From Lama glama (Eukaryota), in assembly GCA_028534125.1 (NCBI GenBank), contig CM052816.1:46378001-46442000 (forward strand): a stretch of DNA of 64,000 nt, written 5' to 3'. The notes below the pieces were generated by a model. The model was given only the letters and a program-made list of their open reading frames with translations. It was not told the DNA's origin and made no database searches. Positions 53,022-64,000 of the stretch are shown one piece after another. Every line of letters begins with the position of its first letter. The stretch's first letter is position 1. Both the position numbers and the translations under genes were made by a program.

Positions 53022-53419
53022 GATCATTCTGATTATTCTCTGGAGACTGAGTTCTAGAGGAGTGGAGAACAGAGGTAGCACAGAGAGAACAAGAGGCATG
53101 CCAGAATTCCAGGATGATGATACTAATGGACATGGAAGATAAAGAGAAGCCTCAGACGTTTTCCTTGATCTTTAAAGCAGTATGAAAGAACAAAACATAC
53201 GGTAAACCAAAGACAATTCAAATGACCTAATTTTCCAATTTCCTAAGTCCAACAAAGTTCACTGGAAGCCAAAGCAAGGATACCTTGTGAGAAATTGAAG
53301 CCGCATAGAATTGCCATATTAATTGGCTACCCAACCCTGGCTCCCTATTTTATTGGGACTATAGTCTTGAGCCTGAGCTTATAGTGGTTGAGAAGAGCAA
53401 TTGACTATCAGAAGGATGC

Positions 53420-53610
53420 TTTCTCATAGACTTTGGAACAGAAAGGAGTCTTCCAATAATTTAGTGTAGTTTTAATTTATAAATGAGGAAAGTGAGGCCC
53501 AGTGAATTGGCTTGTCTTGCTCATCCAAAGCTATTCAAGGAGCAAATGGCACAGCTGGCTTTATAAGCTAGGTCGGCCTATTGCTAGGCTGAAGTGCTTT
53601 CAGTCATATT
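53420..53610 (-). mobile_element. MIR SINE
   Basis: aatttataaatgaggaaagtgaggcccagtgaattggcttgtcttgctc. Confidence 0.65.
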
Positions 53611-54488
53611 TCCTTAACTGTGAGGCTTCCATCTAAAATGCCTTGTCTTTCAGCAATCTTCTTATTATTAAGGCAATTTCAACCATGACAGTCTTATTTT
53701 GGCCTTTAATCCTGTTATGTTGGAAGAGGAAAAGAAAATACAGTTTAAAGTTAGATTAACAGTGAAAGGATTTTCGAAATAACATTAGTAGCATAACTTA
53801 GTGGTTAAGAATGATGTTTTTAGGTGTCATTTTCAGGAGCCATGTATTTGTTTTGCACCCAATTATGAATCAGCGTGTCAGACTGTATTACTCATGTAGT
53901 TTTACCTTCTGATATCACAGTTATAGCTTAATATAGTAAGTATAGACTTCTGGAGAGAAAAGGCAGCTTTTGATTTAACTCTGCTTTCACATATGGAGCA
54001 CACATTGTGGTGTCAGTGCAACAGAAAAAAGGAGTTAGGAAAATGCTGAAACTTCCTGAGAACTGCGAGGCTGGGTTCTTTTGTGGTCAGAACTGAAAGT
54101 GCCACCTGAAAAAGGCATCTCGGAGACTGCTGTACTTGCAGCCTGTAGCATGACTTTGCTTATCTCACCTGGTGGCCAGGAGTACCTTGAGAGTCCAGGA
54201 TCAAGGTAAGAGTTATTTGCTTGTCTCCATTCCATTTCTGTAGCATTAAGATCTAATCTGATTGTAAAAATTATGGTTATTCATTTCATTTTAAAGTACC
54301 TAAGAATACACATCAATGATCAACATATGGCCATTTTTAGGGTGTTTGGGATCACAATAGAAGTTTTTTTGCAGGCCCCCATCTATATAAACAATTTGAA
54401 CCACTCTGAATCAGCTGTGGCAGATTAGAGACTATTCTAGAAGTCCCAAACTACCAGACACTGAAAAAGAAATTCCCCTTTGGCCAGT

Positions 54489-54528
54489 GGGAGTGATTCA
54501 TTTGCCAGGGAGTGATTCATTTGCCAGG
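54489..54528. repeat. Perfect 19-bp tandem duplication
   Basis: gggagtgattcatttgcca repeated twice, followed by gg. Confidence 0.95.
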
Positions 54529-55219
54529 CCTCCCTCTTAGAACCAGCCTGGCCAGGGGTCCCAGGATGATGCTGTAGATATAAGACCCAGAGCTACTCCA
54601 ATCTGGTTGACTGAAGTATGAAAGAGCTGGTATAGATTTGAAGAGTACACCAACAGGGGAAACAGGAACAGAGTCCATGCATGTTCCAGCTGGGGTTCGA
54701 GTCTGGGCTGGTGCCAGATATCTAACAGAGACAGTAAATTCTAAGGAAGGCACTCCAGAGGCATTTTTCCTGAGGTTCCAGTCAGGCCAGGCCCTTGCTT
54801 GCTGGAATCTAAAGGAAGTTCTAAGGATATATATAAGTTCTTGTGTCAAGGACCTTATCATGTCACAGACCATCCCATCTAATTGGAAAAGCAAACATTC
54901 CCCAAATCTATACAAGTGAAATTGTTGTTTTCAAAGGTGACAGTGATGTACCAGGGTAACACTTTGCCCAGGCTTGATAGGAATGACTGTTTTCTCTGAG
55001 GAAAAGATACTTAGATGAAATGCAAGTGTGGACATGGGCTAGGTGACAAGTGAGTTGTTTTCAGAGAGCACATGTGAGGGCCCTAAGTAGGCACACCAGG
55101 ATGTTCACTAGGAACAGAAAGTCCACAATCAGTGGAAAACATGGAGTCAGGGAAGGTGACCACTACTGAGCAAGAGTCAAAATAAGGAAATTCTTCCTGC
55201 TTGTTACCCATTTTGTATG

Positions 55220-55348
55220 GCCTCACTACTCCAAGTGTGAAAAATGGATAGTGGCATTAGCATCGCGTGGGCTTGCTAGAAATGCAGAGTTTGCACTTTG
55301 ACATGTTTCCCAGTGATCTGTATAGATACTAAAGTTTAAGAAGCACTG
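55220..55348. mobile_element. MER5A (hAT-Charlie) MITE
   Basis: gcattagcatcgcgtgggcttgctagaaatgcaga...taaagtttaagaagcactgg. Confidence 0.75.
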
Positions 55349-56159
55349 GTATATGATATCCAATTCCCAAAGGCACTGGAACAAAATTAGGCAGTTACTA
55401 CTCAAACCACCTTTGCTATGCTTAACTCACACAAGGACAGAGCACAACATAGTTTTAGGGTAATGTGAAGTCTATGTGGAAGATACAATTCCCAGGGGCA
55501 ATATATGAATTCATATTTACATATACCAGATTAGAATAAAGTTAAAATTTCCCAGAAAGAAAAAGCTCTTCTTTAGTCTGGACTTGGGTTAATGGTACTA
55601 GAGATGCGAACTGACCTTCCTTGCACTCTCAAACAGTGCCAAGAAGCTTGAAATTCAGCACCGTATTCATGTGTACCTCTCATTCAGAATTATGTATGTA
55701 TTTAAAATAAAGTGTTGCTCTTTTAAGGTTAATGTGCCATTTCAATATTATTTTAAAGGCCAACTCCTCCAGGAACCAGCATCTTTTTAAAAAATGTCTT
55801 AGTTAACTAACCAAATTTATATACTATGCTTTGTAAAACAGAAGGAAAAAAAAAGGATCTGTGCACATCACAGTGCCACAAAAGTGTAATTTCTACTAAC
55901 TGCAGAAGAAAAAAATATCTATATAAAATGCAGTACCAGAAAATAAGAGGAATAGCAATTCTTAAAAATGAAAATATTGAAAAAGAAAAACAATAGACAA
56001 TATTCTGAAAATGCAGATTTTTTGCTTTTATTCATATGAGACAAAAATGCCAGATCCAAAAAATAATTCAACAAAATCTGTATACCTCTTTTTTCAAAAA
56101 GCCATCAGAGAAGCATCAGAATCAATGTATTTTTAATGTTTATTTTTCAAATAATAAAA

Positions 56160-58913
56160 ATGTGAATGCAGATGGCCAACAAGCACATGAAAAAATGCTC
56201 AACATCACTAATCATCAGGGAAATGCAAACCAAAACCACAATGAAATATCTCACACCTGTCAGAATGGCTATTATCAAAAAGACAAGAAATAAAGGTTGG
56301 AGAGGACATGGAGAAAAGGGAACCCTTATACACTGTTGGTGGAAATGTAAATTCATGCAGCCAACTAGGGAAAAGAGTATCATTTAGTTTTGAGGTGCCT
56401 CAAAAAATTAAAAATTGATCTACCATACAATCCAGGAATTCTACTCCTAGATACTTATTCCAAGGAAACAAAACTACTAATTTGAAAAGATACATGCACT
56501 CCAATGTTCACAGCAGCATTATTTACAATAGCCAAGATACGGAAGCAACCTAAGTTCTCATCAACAGATGAATGGATATAGAAGATATATATTATTTCTT
56601 TTTGTTTTTTGTATCTTTTATTGAAGTATAGTCAGTTTACAACGTTGTGTGAATTTCTGCTGTATAGCATAATGCTTCAGTCATACATGAACATATATAT
56701 ATATATTCATTTTCATATTCTTTTTGACTGTAAGTTACTACAAGATACTGAATATAGTTCCCTGTGCTATACAGTATGAATTTGTTGTTTATCTATTTTA
56801 TATACAGTAGTTAGTATCTGCAAATCTCAAACTCGCAAATTATCCCTTCTCACCCACTTCCCCCAACAAACATAAATTGGTTTCCTATGTTTGTAAGTCT
56901 GTTTTTATTTTGCAAATAAAATCGTCTTTTTTTTTTATTCCACATATAAATGATATCATGTGGTATTCTTCTTTCTCTTTATGGCTTACTTCACTTAGAA
57001 TGACAATCTCCAGGTACATCTATGTTGCTGCAAATGGCATAATTTTATTCTTTGTTATGGCTGAGTAGTATTACATCATATAAATATGCCACAACTTCTT
57101 TATCTAGTCACATGTCAATGGGCATTTAGGTTGTTTCCATGTCTTGGCTATTGTCAATAGTGCTGCTATGAACACTGAGGTGCCTGTATCTTTTGAATTA
57201 CGGTTCCCTCCAGATATATGCCCAGGCGCGGGATTGCTGGATCATATGGTAAGTCTATTTTTAGTCTTTTGAGAAATCTCCATACTATTTTCCACAATGG
57301 CTGTACCAAACTGCATTCCCATCAACAGTGTAGGAGGGTTCCCTTTTATTCACACCCTCTCCAGCATGTATCGTTTGTGGACTTCTGAATGATGGCCATT
57401 CTGACTGGTGTGAGGTGATACCTCATTGTAGTTTTGATTTGCGTTTCTCTGATAATTAGCGATACTAAGCATTTTTTTATGTGCCTATTGGCCATTTGTA
57501 TGTCTTCACTGGAGAATTGCTTGTTTAAGTCTTCTGCCCATTTTTGGATTGGGTTGTTTGTTTTTTCTTATTAAGTTGTATGAGCTATTTATATATTCTG
57601 GAAATCAGGCCCTTGTCAGTCTCATCTTTTGAAAATATTTTCTTCCATTTCATAGGCTGTCATTTTGTTTTATTTATTGTTTCCTTTGCTGTGCAAAAGC
57701 TTGTAAATTTAATTAGGTTCCATTTGTTTATTTTTGCTTTTACTTCTATTGCCTGACTAAAGTCTCCTACTATTATTGTGCTCCCATCGATTTCTCCCTT
57801 TATGTCTGTTAGTATTTGTTTTATATATTTGTTTATACACCTGTATTGGGTGTATATATATTAATGAGTATAATATCCTCATCTTGTATTGCTCCTTTGA
57901 TCATTATATAGTGTCCTTCTTTAGCTTTCTTTATGGACTTTGTTGTAAAGTCTACTTTGTCTGATATGAGTATTGCTACTTCTGCTTTCTTCTCATTTCC
58001 ATTTGCATGAAGTATCTTCTTCCATCCTCTCACTTACCGATCTCCAGCAGCCAGCCCTGGCTTGTCCCTGCTGGCTCGCATTTAATGCTGGGGATTGCAG
58101 GGACCCTCCATACCAGTTTCTTTTAGTTCTGTCTGCCAAGCAGCTGCCACTTTCTTCTCTAAGCCTCAGAAGCTCTAATTTTGTCCCTGCTGACCTCCTG
58201 GCTGGGGAGTGGGCGTCCCAGTGTGAGGGTGCCTTTCTTTCTTTGCAGTTCTCTCCCCACAGGACCACTCCTGCACTGATTTTCTTATTCTTTTTTTCTT
58301 TTCTTTTTTTCTCTTAGCAGACTTTTTGAGAATTCTCCTGCATTTTGAAGTGACAGACAGTCTGCCAAAGTTCAGTAGGTGTTCTGTTTGATTCAGTAGG
58401 TTTGTAGATGTAATTCTTGGTGTATTTGTGAGGACAGGGTGAGCTGTGAGTCTCTCCACTCCACCATCTTGTCCCATTCTCTATATTTTCAATGGACTAC
58501 TACTCAGCCATAAAAAAGAACGAAATTTTGCCTTTTGTGACAACAAAAGGATGTAATGCTTAGCGAAATAAGTCAAACAGCAAAAGACAAATATAATACT
58601 CTATGTTTTCACCTAAATGTGGAATCTAAAAAATAAACAATTATAACAAAACAGAGATAGATTCACAGATACAGAGAATAAACTAGTGGTTGCCAGGGGT
58701 GAGAGGGGTGGAGAGTGGGCAAAGTACATGAAGGGAATTAAAAGGTACACTACTAAGTAGAAAATAAGGTACAAAGATGTAATGTACAGCACAGAGAATA
58801 CAGTCAACATTTTATAATAACTCTGGAGTATAATCTATAAAAATATCAATTACTATATTATACACCTGAAACTAGTATAATATTATAAGTCAACTATACT
58901 TCGATTTAAAAAA
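56160..58913 (+). mobile_element. 5'-truncated L1 (ORF2 C-terminus + 3'UTR) split by a younger antisense L1 at about 56599-58480
   Basis: ORF 56166-56387 [19 protein letters not shown]...HCWWKCK is the L1 ORF2 C-terminal cysteine-rich region; host resumes at 58491 aatggactactactcagccataaaaaagaa and ends gtcaactatacttcgatttaaaaaaa. Confidence 0.9.
56599..58480 (-). mobile_element. Younger L1 derivative: 5'UTR (58480-58036) + ORF2 endonuclease fragment (58035-57758) + ORF2 3' end/3'UTR/polyA (57757-56599)
   Basis: ORF 57833-58033 RGWKKILHANGNEKKAEVAILISDKVDF...GHYIMIKG...INIYTPN is L1 endonuclease; minus strand starts ggacaagatggtggagtgg (L1 5' start); 3'UTR ttattgaagtatagtcagtttac next to a T-rich tail. 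Confidence 0.9.
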
Positions 58914-59269
58914 ATTTGTATGGAATCAAGAATTAAGAAATATCTCTAAAACTCAGGTAAGATTTCTCTTGATGATAAAATCAGTAACTTATCTCTTTGA
59001 TAAATTTTTTCGTTAGACAATTGTGTTTCCTTAACTCCCACATTTAGTTTGTAAAACACACATGCATACACACACATACACACAAAGGGAAAATAAGCCT
59101 TGCTGACAGAGAGTAATGAAAGAGTAAAAAGTTGAGTGACTTTAATGTGCTAGAGCAAGGAGTTTGGAATAATTTAGAATCATGTTTAAGTGAGAGCCAA
59201 GTCAAAGTTCTATGCATATGAATCGGCATAAATATTCTTTTTAAAGTATTTTCTTAATTTTTCTAATTT

Positions 59270-59375
59270 AAATTGATTCTTGCTTGAAAGAATCTATGAG
59301 ATAATACATAAAATGCATTCACAACAGTGCCTGACATAATAAACACCCAATAAATGTTAACTATTATTATCATTA
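59270..59375 (+). mobile_element. MIR 3' fragment
   Basis: atgagataatacataaaatgcattcacaacagtgcctgacataataaacacccaataaatgttaactattattat. Confidence 0.8.
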
Positions 59376-60769
59376 TCTCACTTTGTTAAATAACGTAACT
59401 AAGAGTGGCCAGATATAAACAAAAGAGATGTTCTGTTCTGTATCCTACCCAGGCTTTAAATATTATGTTACCCACCCCATTCAAAATTTTCTGATTTCTT
59501 GGCCCAATCAAAATTCAGGCAATAAATATACATACATATTGAGCCCTCATAATGTCCTTGTCATAGGGCCTCTTGATGGGTAAATTTCAGGTTTTCTGTC
59601 TTATCCTCTCACATTTTCCCCACCAAATGACCAACTGTTAATTTGTGAAAAATAATTGTTACTACAGTTTTAATAGATGATAATAGTGGCAGCTGAATTC
59701 CTTCTCCTATGACATCCCAGCTTTTAAATATGGATCAAGGTAGTCACTTTGTCAAAATTTCACACAGGTCTATGCCTCTGAAAAAATACCATTTAATTGT
59801 GCTTCCCATCTTGTTGTAACTGTTCCTGGGGCTACCAATGTTATACAGAACGTACGTTACAAAACGCAGATCACATTTGAGTGCTTCTTCTTAAATGCCT
59901 AATGGGAAACAGAAAACCACTGTAATGCTACACTAACTTATAAGGGCTGTGGCTCCACTTACAGAAATCAGTCCAGCTTCCAGCTGGCACAGAGCCCACA
60001 GCTCAAACCAAGTCCCACATAGAGAAAGCCCTGAGAGGGAAAAAACATCTGACAGAGGAGTTCAAATAGTTTCCTTTTAATCTCTTGAACTACATGAAGT
60101 ATGGCATGCTTAAGGATTCTTTGAGGAAGAGATCCTATGTAAATGTTATCATTAAATAACAGTGATGACAATCATAAAGAACTGAAGAACTGAGTGACTG
60201 TAAAGCATAATATTGGAAGACAATGGAATAATAATGATACCAACTGAGGAGAAAATTGATGTAAGAAAATGGCCTGATAGACAAGAAACGAATGCAGAAT
60301 AAATGTTCATTGCTGTGGGTCTGAGAAACTTCTAAGACAACCCAGTCATGCATAGCTAAGTAGTATTTGTAATACTCCTCCTCAAACTCACTTCCATAAT
60401 TTTCAAAAGGCAAAATTTTTTAAATTATGTAAAATACACAGCCAAAAAGTTGCACCAACTCTAATGAATTGGGAATTATTACCTGGAGCCTGGTGCTGAG
60501 AAGAATTCTAAAGCTATCTCAGTGGAAAAGGGAGGACCAGGACCCAGCAGTGTTGGTAACATGGAGTAAGGGAGAATGAGACCACAGGAGAATGCTTGAC
60601 AGTGTCCAGCACTGTCCCAGATACAGAGTTGTTGAAACCATCCAGTGGCTGTATGTGTAGGAATCAATTTGAAATTTTACAAAACAAAATTTTTATTTAA
60701 AAATTAATGGCTTATTTCAAAATTGCCTTTAAAAATTTTCTGACTAATAAATACTATGCACTTCTTCCT

Positions 60770-61740
60770 TAACCCACCGCAATCTATTTTCTTCCTTTAT
60801 TATCCCACTGATACTAGCATTTTAAAGGTCATTACTAATTTCTACACATCAAATTCATTGGCTACTTCTTAAGATTTGGCCTCTTGGCATTGCTAAGATT
60901 TTTGGTAATTTTGAAATCCACTGCATGGAACTCTCTTTTCCTTTGTCCTTGTGTGACTCAATACCCTTGATTCTCTTTTGCCTGACTTTTGGAATAACTG
61001 CTTTCTATCTAGCAACTCAGGCTACAGACTCTCCTTGCTTCTAGCTGTCCTGCTCCCTTCTGCCACACTGATCTTATTAAAACATTTATTTCATCCTGCT
61101 GGTGTTTTACTCAAAAGCATTCATACTTTTATGAGGTAAAAGTGGAACATCTTAGCCTGGGTCATTGGGGTCTTGTATTGGCTATCTCCTATAACGACCC
61201 TTTCCAGGGGCTAATCCCAATAGGAATTTATTTCTGACTCATGTAAATTTCAGTTAAAACTAGGGAAGGGCCTCTGCCCCATGCAACCATTCAGGATCAA
61301 GACAGAAAGAGGTTCTGTGATTTTTAACATGGGTATAAAGTCAAACCAGCAAATGGGAAAGAAAGTGGAGGATTATACAGGAGGTTTTTATAAATAGTCA
61401 GGCCTCCTGTCCACATTTCATTGGCCAGAATCAGTCACACGGTCAGGATATCTAAAAGGAGTTTGGAAAATGTGCCCAGTAGCAAAAAGAAATGAATTTA
61501 TTGAACAATGCAGTCTTTGTCACAGTTCTACATAACCTGTTACAAACTAACTTCCAAACAACTTTCAAATCTCCATAAAATACAGCCTACCTTACCTACC
61601 TACTTATTCCTGGCTATGCCCAGCCCATTTATGTTTTTTTCAGTAAATAAGGCTGCCCTTCACCCACCTTAATTGGTCTCCCTCTTCTCTGCCACATCTA
61701 AACTCTATATACCTTTCAGAGCAAGGTTACAGTTTCACTG
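60770..61740 (+). mobile_element. L2 remnant interrupted by a reverse MLT1-type LTR (about 61190-61525)
   Basis: aaggtcattactaatttctacacatcaaattcattgg (L2); ccacatttcattggccagaatcagtcacacggtc (MLT1 reverse). Confidence 0.6.
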
Positions 61741-61889
61741 TGCCAAGGATTAGTTGCATCAAAGGAAGACTGGCTTGTTTCAAACTAAGAACCAACTACA
61801 CATATTCCTGTGCGTTTCATGAGAGTCCACATCACACTGAATATGTACTCCACCACTTCTGAGGATCTGCCCATTCCATGATCTAACAG

Positions 61890-62250
61890 TTTCTCATTCT
61901 CTGGAACCCCCTTTCTAACTGACAGCAGTGTATCCCAATTCTCACATTAGTACAGGGTGACTCCCTCCTTCCTTTACCATAGCTATTTGGAAGCTAAACT
62001 AGTTAAAATAGGTTGGATGATGTAAAAGACAAATTTCTGCCATGTGGCAAAGTAGAGAAAGCCAGCCTACAGAAAGAAAGAAGCAAGCATCTGTTCAGGA
62101 AGAAGTGACACAACAAAGAGAAAGCTAAGAAAAGCCTGACACAATTCTAATTCCTGGTCCATCTTTTCCTGAGACTTAATTGCATTTCCTTTCATTGGTT
62201 CTGAGAAGCATCCCTATGCCCACATAGCCATTCTCCTTTTTCCTTTCTGC
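61890..62250 (+). mobile_element. Old MaLR/ERVL LTR fragment (MLT1K-like)
   Basis: tctgccatgtgg...gagaaagccagcctacagaaagaaag...ttcctggtccatcttttcctgag. Confidence 0.45.
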
Positions 62251-62254
62251 CATG

Positions 62255-62480
62255 TCAGCAATGTAGCAGAGTGGTCAAGGGCATGGACCTTAGAAGTCAG
62301 ATCCCAATTTGAATTTTAGCTCTGCCACTTACTAACTTTGTGACTTATGCAAGATACTTACTCTCTCTGGATATCTGCTTTCTTATTTTTAAGATCCCAT
62401 AAGTTTATAAAAGATACTCTGTATAAAATGCCTAAACAGTGCCTGATATATAGAAGATGTTCAAAAAATAGTAGTTATCT
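62255..62480 (+). mobile_element. MIR SINE, near full length
   Basis: gtagcagagtggtcaagggcatggaccttagaagtcaga...gctctgccacttactaactttgtgactt...aacagtgcctgatatatag. Confidence 0.9.
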
Positions 62481-64000
62481 TTTAAATATTCCGCTACAGC
62501 TAATACTTGATTATAAAAGACATCTTTATTACAGCAATGATAAATGAAATATGGGGAGATGGATGACAGGATTGATTAAACACGGTGATACTGTTACTAT
62601 TGAGCCTCAGGAAAGTATCCCAAAGTCCTTAAACAGGCAACTTTCATAGACTGTTTCAACTAAAATCCAGTGGTCACCAGGCCAGGTAGACCCAGAGCTC
62701 TTGCAACTGTTCCCCTATCTTGTTAAAGGCGTATAAATTATAACTATTATTAACTTCCAGGTAAGTTTCTCATCAAAAGAATTCCAAATGCTAAGTGTAA
62801 ATTGAATTTTTATCTTTGGGAAAGCTAACAGTTCTCCACTTAACTCAGGCTCAATGCTTCTCAAGTTGGGATGAAAAGCAATAATTATTTGAGAATGAAA
62901 ACTTTTTTTATTCTGTTTTTCAATTTAGTGTGATAATTAATATGTGAAAGAGAAAAAAAGGACATCTCTATTTTCATATGTTAGTTAGAATTAGCAATAT
63001 TGACAAGATCAAGTAACTGTTTTGATCATTAAATAATTACAGATGCTATAGAATTTTGTAATGGAATAAAATACATGCAAAAGCCAAAATTCTGCGTTAG
63101 TAAGTCACTGCCTTAAACATATGGAAATTTAATTTAAGACAAATGCCTGAGAAGCATCTAATCAGAAACAATACTAGTATCTAATGTGTAAACAGTAGTA
63201 GGCAGAGAAAGAACAAAAATATACATAATGTTTAACTGTTTATTACATGAATAAAATTTTTTTGACTTTTAAAGAATTTCTGTATTGTCTAAAAAGTTTC
63301 CAGGAATGCCAATAGCTAGTTCAAAGACAAAAATAATGATTTATAACTCTGAGGAAAAATTGAAGTCGTAAGTATTTATACATTCTCTAGGAATGTAAAA
63401 GGCGAAAGATTTATACAATCTGGAGAAACCAGAGTATAGGAATGTAAAATAACTTTTATCATGCAATTTGCCTCTACCTCTCCAGCCCAGCTTGAAGGAC
63501 AAACCAATGCAGTGAACATGTTGAAGATTTCTTTTTTTTTAAGTGGAAGTCATATCTAATGTCATGATATTACATTAGTTACATGTAAGGGCAAAGGCAA
63601 ACCTCAGAGGCCCTGAATAATAAAACAGTGTTAATTATTTAAACAAACATTGCTGACTACCTATTCTGGGCCACATGTGGTATGCTATGGATTCTAAGAC
63701 AAATTAAAGGATCTCAGAAAGGTATAAAAACTCAAACTTGATTTCATTATAGACAATAAGGACCTCTGTCAAAGTGAAAAAAAAAGTAATGAGTGATAGA
63801 GGGTCCCAGTCATCCCAATTTAAAACTTACTTTTAGTCTCCAAATATCTTGTAGGACACAACTCCCTGGTCTTTTGGCAGCAACTGTGTAGGTGGAGAGG
63901 AAGGAAATCTAGCTTATATATGAAAAGTGTGCTTTATCACAATGACACCATCTGTTTTCTCTCTCCTCACTTTGTTAAGTCCAACATTTCCAAAGAGCTC

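Noticed and set aside
54517..54915. Longest ORF in the track (132 aa, minus) with an overlapping 93-aa plus-strand ORF
   Set aside because: Non-ATG start, no recognisable domain and no convincing splice context; length is compatible with chance in a locally GC-richer patch.
56166..56387. Cysteine-rich ORF (HCWWKCK)
   Set aside because: Standard L1 ORF2 C-terminal remnant, not a host zinc-finger gene.
57833..58033. Endonuclease-like ORF as a possible host gene
   Set aside because: It is an L1 ORF2 fragment with a stop immediately upstream of the GTG and a premature stop at its end.
1..64000. CRISPR arrays, operons or other prokaryotic-type systems
   Set aside because: The sequence is mammalian; there are no regularly spaced repeat-spacer units or gene-dense ORFs.

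Overview
AT-rich, CpG-depleted placental-mammal genomic DNA, intergenic or deep intronic. I could not support any protein-coding exon, tRNA, rRNA or CRISPR feature. The only ORFs with recognisable homology are LINE-1 ORF2 fragments; the rest look like chance ORFs. By eye roughly half the window is interspersed repeat: many old MIR and L2 copies, MaLR/ERVL solo LTRs (MLT1, LTR33-like, MER54/74-like), DNA transposons (near-complete Tigger1, MER63, MER5A, a MER45 end) and several L1s. I saw no primate, rodent, ruminant, pig or carnivore SINEs, and the youngest L1 3' end looks camelid-like, so the source is probably a laurasiatherian (inference). The most notable items are: (1) a 1.9-kb three-part L1 derivative (5'UTR + endonuclease fragment + 3' end) nested in an older L1; (2) an old L1 with both termini but no ORF2; (3) a MER121-like ancient repeat inside a long TE-poor block; (4) a perfect 18-bp inverted-repeat hairpin in unique sequence; (5) several enhancer-like motif clusters. 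Repeat family names come from recalled consensus sequences, not a search. I do not see evidence of a new protein-coding system.
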